From contig CALGZA010000036.1 of assembly GCA_937934595.1 (NCBI GenBank), forward strand, positions 7,637-71,636: 64,000 nt of DNA. The letters run 5' to 3'. The notes under the pieces are model-generated. The model searched no databases and was not told where the DNA came from. It saw only the letters and a program-made list of their open reading frames with translations. Each line of letters starts with the position of its first letter. The first letter of the stretch is position 1. This stretch comes from an uncultured Verrucomicrobiales bacterium (GTDB taxonomy: Bacteria > Verrucomicrobiota > Verrucomicrobiia > Verrucomicrobiales > Akkermansiaceae). The position numbers were made by a program, and so were the translations under genes. Positions 62,528-64,000 of this stretch are shown piece by piece.

Positions 62528-62764
62528 CTAATCTCCCCCAACTGGAGGACAAGCCTTCGTTCCTCATCCAGGCCCCACTCCCTCAGACTGCTCGCCAACT
62601 GGCGAGCTAGATCCAAACAGTCAAGAAGACACCCCCATCTTAGGCATCGCCCACTGAATCACTACATAAACCAACAACCCAAGACCCAGCCACAACAACG
62701 TCCTAGACCTAGACGGCTGGCTAGCCTCCACATTCTCACTCTTTACTTCATCTTCTTCACTCAT
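62528..62764 (-). CDS. Candidate 78 aa single-TM selenoprotein with two Sec (47 aa if the first UGA is a stop, 66 aa if only the first is read through)
   Basis: MSEEDEVKSENVEASQPSRSRTLLWLGLGLLVYVVIQWAMPKMGVSS-U-LFGSSSPVGEQSEGVGPG-U-GTKACPPVGGD-TAG. In-frame TGA at 62623-62621 and 62566-62564, each followed by a SECIS-like hairpin. Confidence 0.65.
62534..62549 (-). promoter_or_regulatory. Candidate SECIS hairpin 2
   Basis: UCCUCC-AGUU-GGGGGA; 20 nt separate the UGA at 62566-62564 from the first loop base. Confidence 0.55.
62590..62607 (-). promoter_or_regulatory. Candidate SECIS hairpin 1
   Basis: GCUCGCC-AGUU-GGCGAGC perfect 7 bp stem; 20 nt separate the UGA at 62623-62621 from the first loop base; no U-tract, so not a terminator. 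Confidence 0.6.
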
Positions 62765-62817
62765 AACCGTAAGAGCACCATCAATGCCTAATTATTCCCA
62801 AATAAATAAATCACACC

Positions 62818-63327
62818 CTAAAACGGTATATCATCATCCTCATCCGCAAAATCAGGCATATTACTAGCTGGGGATCCACCCTGTGGCTGCGTCTGCTGTG
62901 GCGCAGCCTGCGGCTGCGGCGGAGAACCCTGCATCGGAGGATGTTGCTGCTGCCCACCTCCTCCTTGATTACCACCACTTGGAGCACCACCTGGAGCACC
63001 ACCTATAAACTGCATATTCTCACCCACTATCTTCAACTTAGAGCGCTGCTTTCCTGTCTCCTTATCAGTCCAGCTATCCGTCTGCAGCCTCCCCTCTATA
63101 AATACCTGACGCCCCTTGCCTAAATACTGATTCGCTAACTCAGCCTGTCGCCCCCACAGCGTAACATCCGCAAAGGTCACATCCTCTATCTTCTGCCCAT
63201 CCTCACCAGTACGGAAACGATTAGAAGCCACTGTCATATCAGCTACAGCTGTCCCCTTAGGGGTATACCGAAGCTCAATATCACGTGTAACATTACCCAT
63301 GATCATTACTTTGTTGAAATTTGCCAT
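62818..63327 (-). CDS. ssb: Single-stranded DNA-binding protein
   Basis: NKVMIMGNVTRDIELRYTP, GRQVFIEGRLQTDSW, G/Q/P-rich linker, DDDIPF tail. Confidence 0.98.
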   Translation of the reverse strand: MANFNKVMIMGNVTRDIELRYTPKGTAVADMTVASNRFRTGEDGQKIEDVTFADVTLWGRQAELANQYLGKGRQVFIEGRLQTDSWTDKETGKQRSKLKIVGENMQFIGGAPGGAPSGGNQGGGGQQQHPPMQGSPPQPQAAPQQTQPQGGSPASNMPDFADEDDDIPF

Positions 63328-63446
63328 AATGAGGAAATAATAAAGGGTTTATCAGCCTAAGCAATACGAAAATCTCGTATCACCAAAAATGGCTAATAAA
63401 CCCTATTTTTATACTTATAGATTATTACTATATACCACCCTGAAGA

Positions 63447-63734
63447 TTAACCCTGGCGGTTATAACTCTGCAGGTAGATCGCATCATTAAGATCAAGGCT
63501 CTTCTTTATCTTATTGATAACATCAGGCGCCGCATCGAAAATGTAGCTAACATAATGACCACCCTCGATCTGACGCGCATTGTATGCAAATGTCTTACGA
63601 CCTAGGTTCTTCACTTCATCCAGCTTAGCGCCTTCTGCTTCGATTTGTTGACCCACAGTGCTCACTAGCTCTTCGATCGATGTGTCTATGCCTTTTGTAT
63701 CGAGTACAATAAGACCTTCATATTTTCTGCTCAT
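63447..63734 (-). CDS. rpsF: 30S ribosomal protein S6
   Basis: RKYEGLIVL, LGRKTFAYN, GHYV; 95 aa, upstream of ssb. Confidence 0.93.
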   Translation of the reverse strand: MSRKYEGLIVLDTKGIDTSIEELVSTVGQQIEAEGAKLDEVKNLGRKTFAYNARQIEGGHYVSYIFDAAPDVINKIKKSLDLNDAIYLQSYNRQG

Positions 63735-63755
63735 AATATTGATTTGTTTGGTTGG

Positions 63756-64000
63756 TTATTTATTGACGTTGTAAATGTTAGCAGCAGCCTCCACACCCTC
63801 AGTAAGAGCACAGTGAACTGCTTTTGTAGCCTTATCAAGCGCGTTTTGAACTTCTGATCTCTCGTCCTGAGAAAATTTCCCCAAAACATGCCCCACCATC
63901 TCCCCAGACCTCGGCGCACCGATGCCTAGCTTGAGTCGTGGAAAGTCATCGCTCCCAAAATGCTGAATCAGTGACTTCATGCCATTGTGTCCACCCGCTG
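63756..64000 (-). CDS. pth: Peptidyl-tRNA hydrolase, C-terminal part (5' end outside the window)
   Basis: Frame extends to AGGHNGMKS; FPRLKLGIG, VGHVLGKF. Confidence 0.95.
   Translation of the reverse strand, partial: AGGHNGMKSLIQHFGSDDFPRLKLGIGAPRSGEMVGHVLGKFSQDERSEVQNALDKATKAVHCALTEGVEAAANIYNVNK

Noticed and set aside
62590-62607. Hairpin as the ssb terminator
   Set aside because: There is no U-tract on either strand and it lies about 210 bp past the ssb stop, inside an ORF.
62498-62617. Alternative minus-strand frame LDLARQLASSLREWGLDEERRLVLQLGEISFVGGC overlapping the candidate selenoprotein tail (coordinates approximate)
   Set aside because: It has only a TTG start, no ribosome-binding signal and 35 codons, and does not explain the identical UGA-to-hairpin spacing. 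It remains the main alternative to test.
62564-62623. UGA reassigned genome-wide (Trp or Gly) as the explanation for the in-frame UGAs
   Set aside because: UGA is a normal stop here: ATGA stop/start overlaps at 49896-49899 and 56848-56851, and TGA ends at 5412, 20771 and 33386. Trp is encoded by TGG.

Overview
Chromosomal window from a bacterium that is most likely in Verrucomicrobiota. This is inferred from VPEP-type sorting signals, DUF6288-like proteins, a PVC-type MoxR/DUF58/BatA operon and the general lack of Shine-Dalgarno motifs. Housekeeping genes include carB, holA, jag-like, tRNA-Glu, cobO, ssb, rpsF and pth. There is a cobalamin-riboswitch-controlled btuB-cobQ-btuF-btuD-btuC operon. 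A reverse-skew island next to tRNA-Glu carries a DUF2786-like, SNF2 helicase, SWIM-HTH and integrase-N-terminal-like operon. A roughly 33 kb accessory block holds two PEP-CTERM genes, a YqiJ-flotillin-1703 aa AAA ATPase operon and a 7-gene MoxR/vWA operon. A ~211 bp TA-flanked MITE-like repeat occurs at 8 sites, all in one orientation, in intact, degenerate and 31 bp minimal forms. The most striking hidden feature is missing from the ORF track: a 78-codon single-TM ORF between ssb and cobO (62764-62528, minus strand). It has two in-frame UGA codons, each followed at an identical 20 nt spacing by a GC-rich hairpin with the same CC-AGUU-GG apex, making it a candidate two-selenocysteine micro-protein with two SECIS elements. 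All family assignments come from motif recognition by eye; no database search was run.
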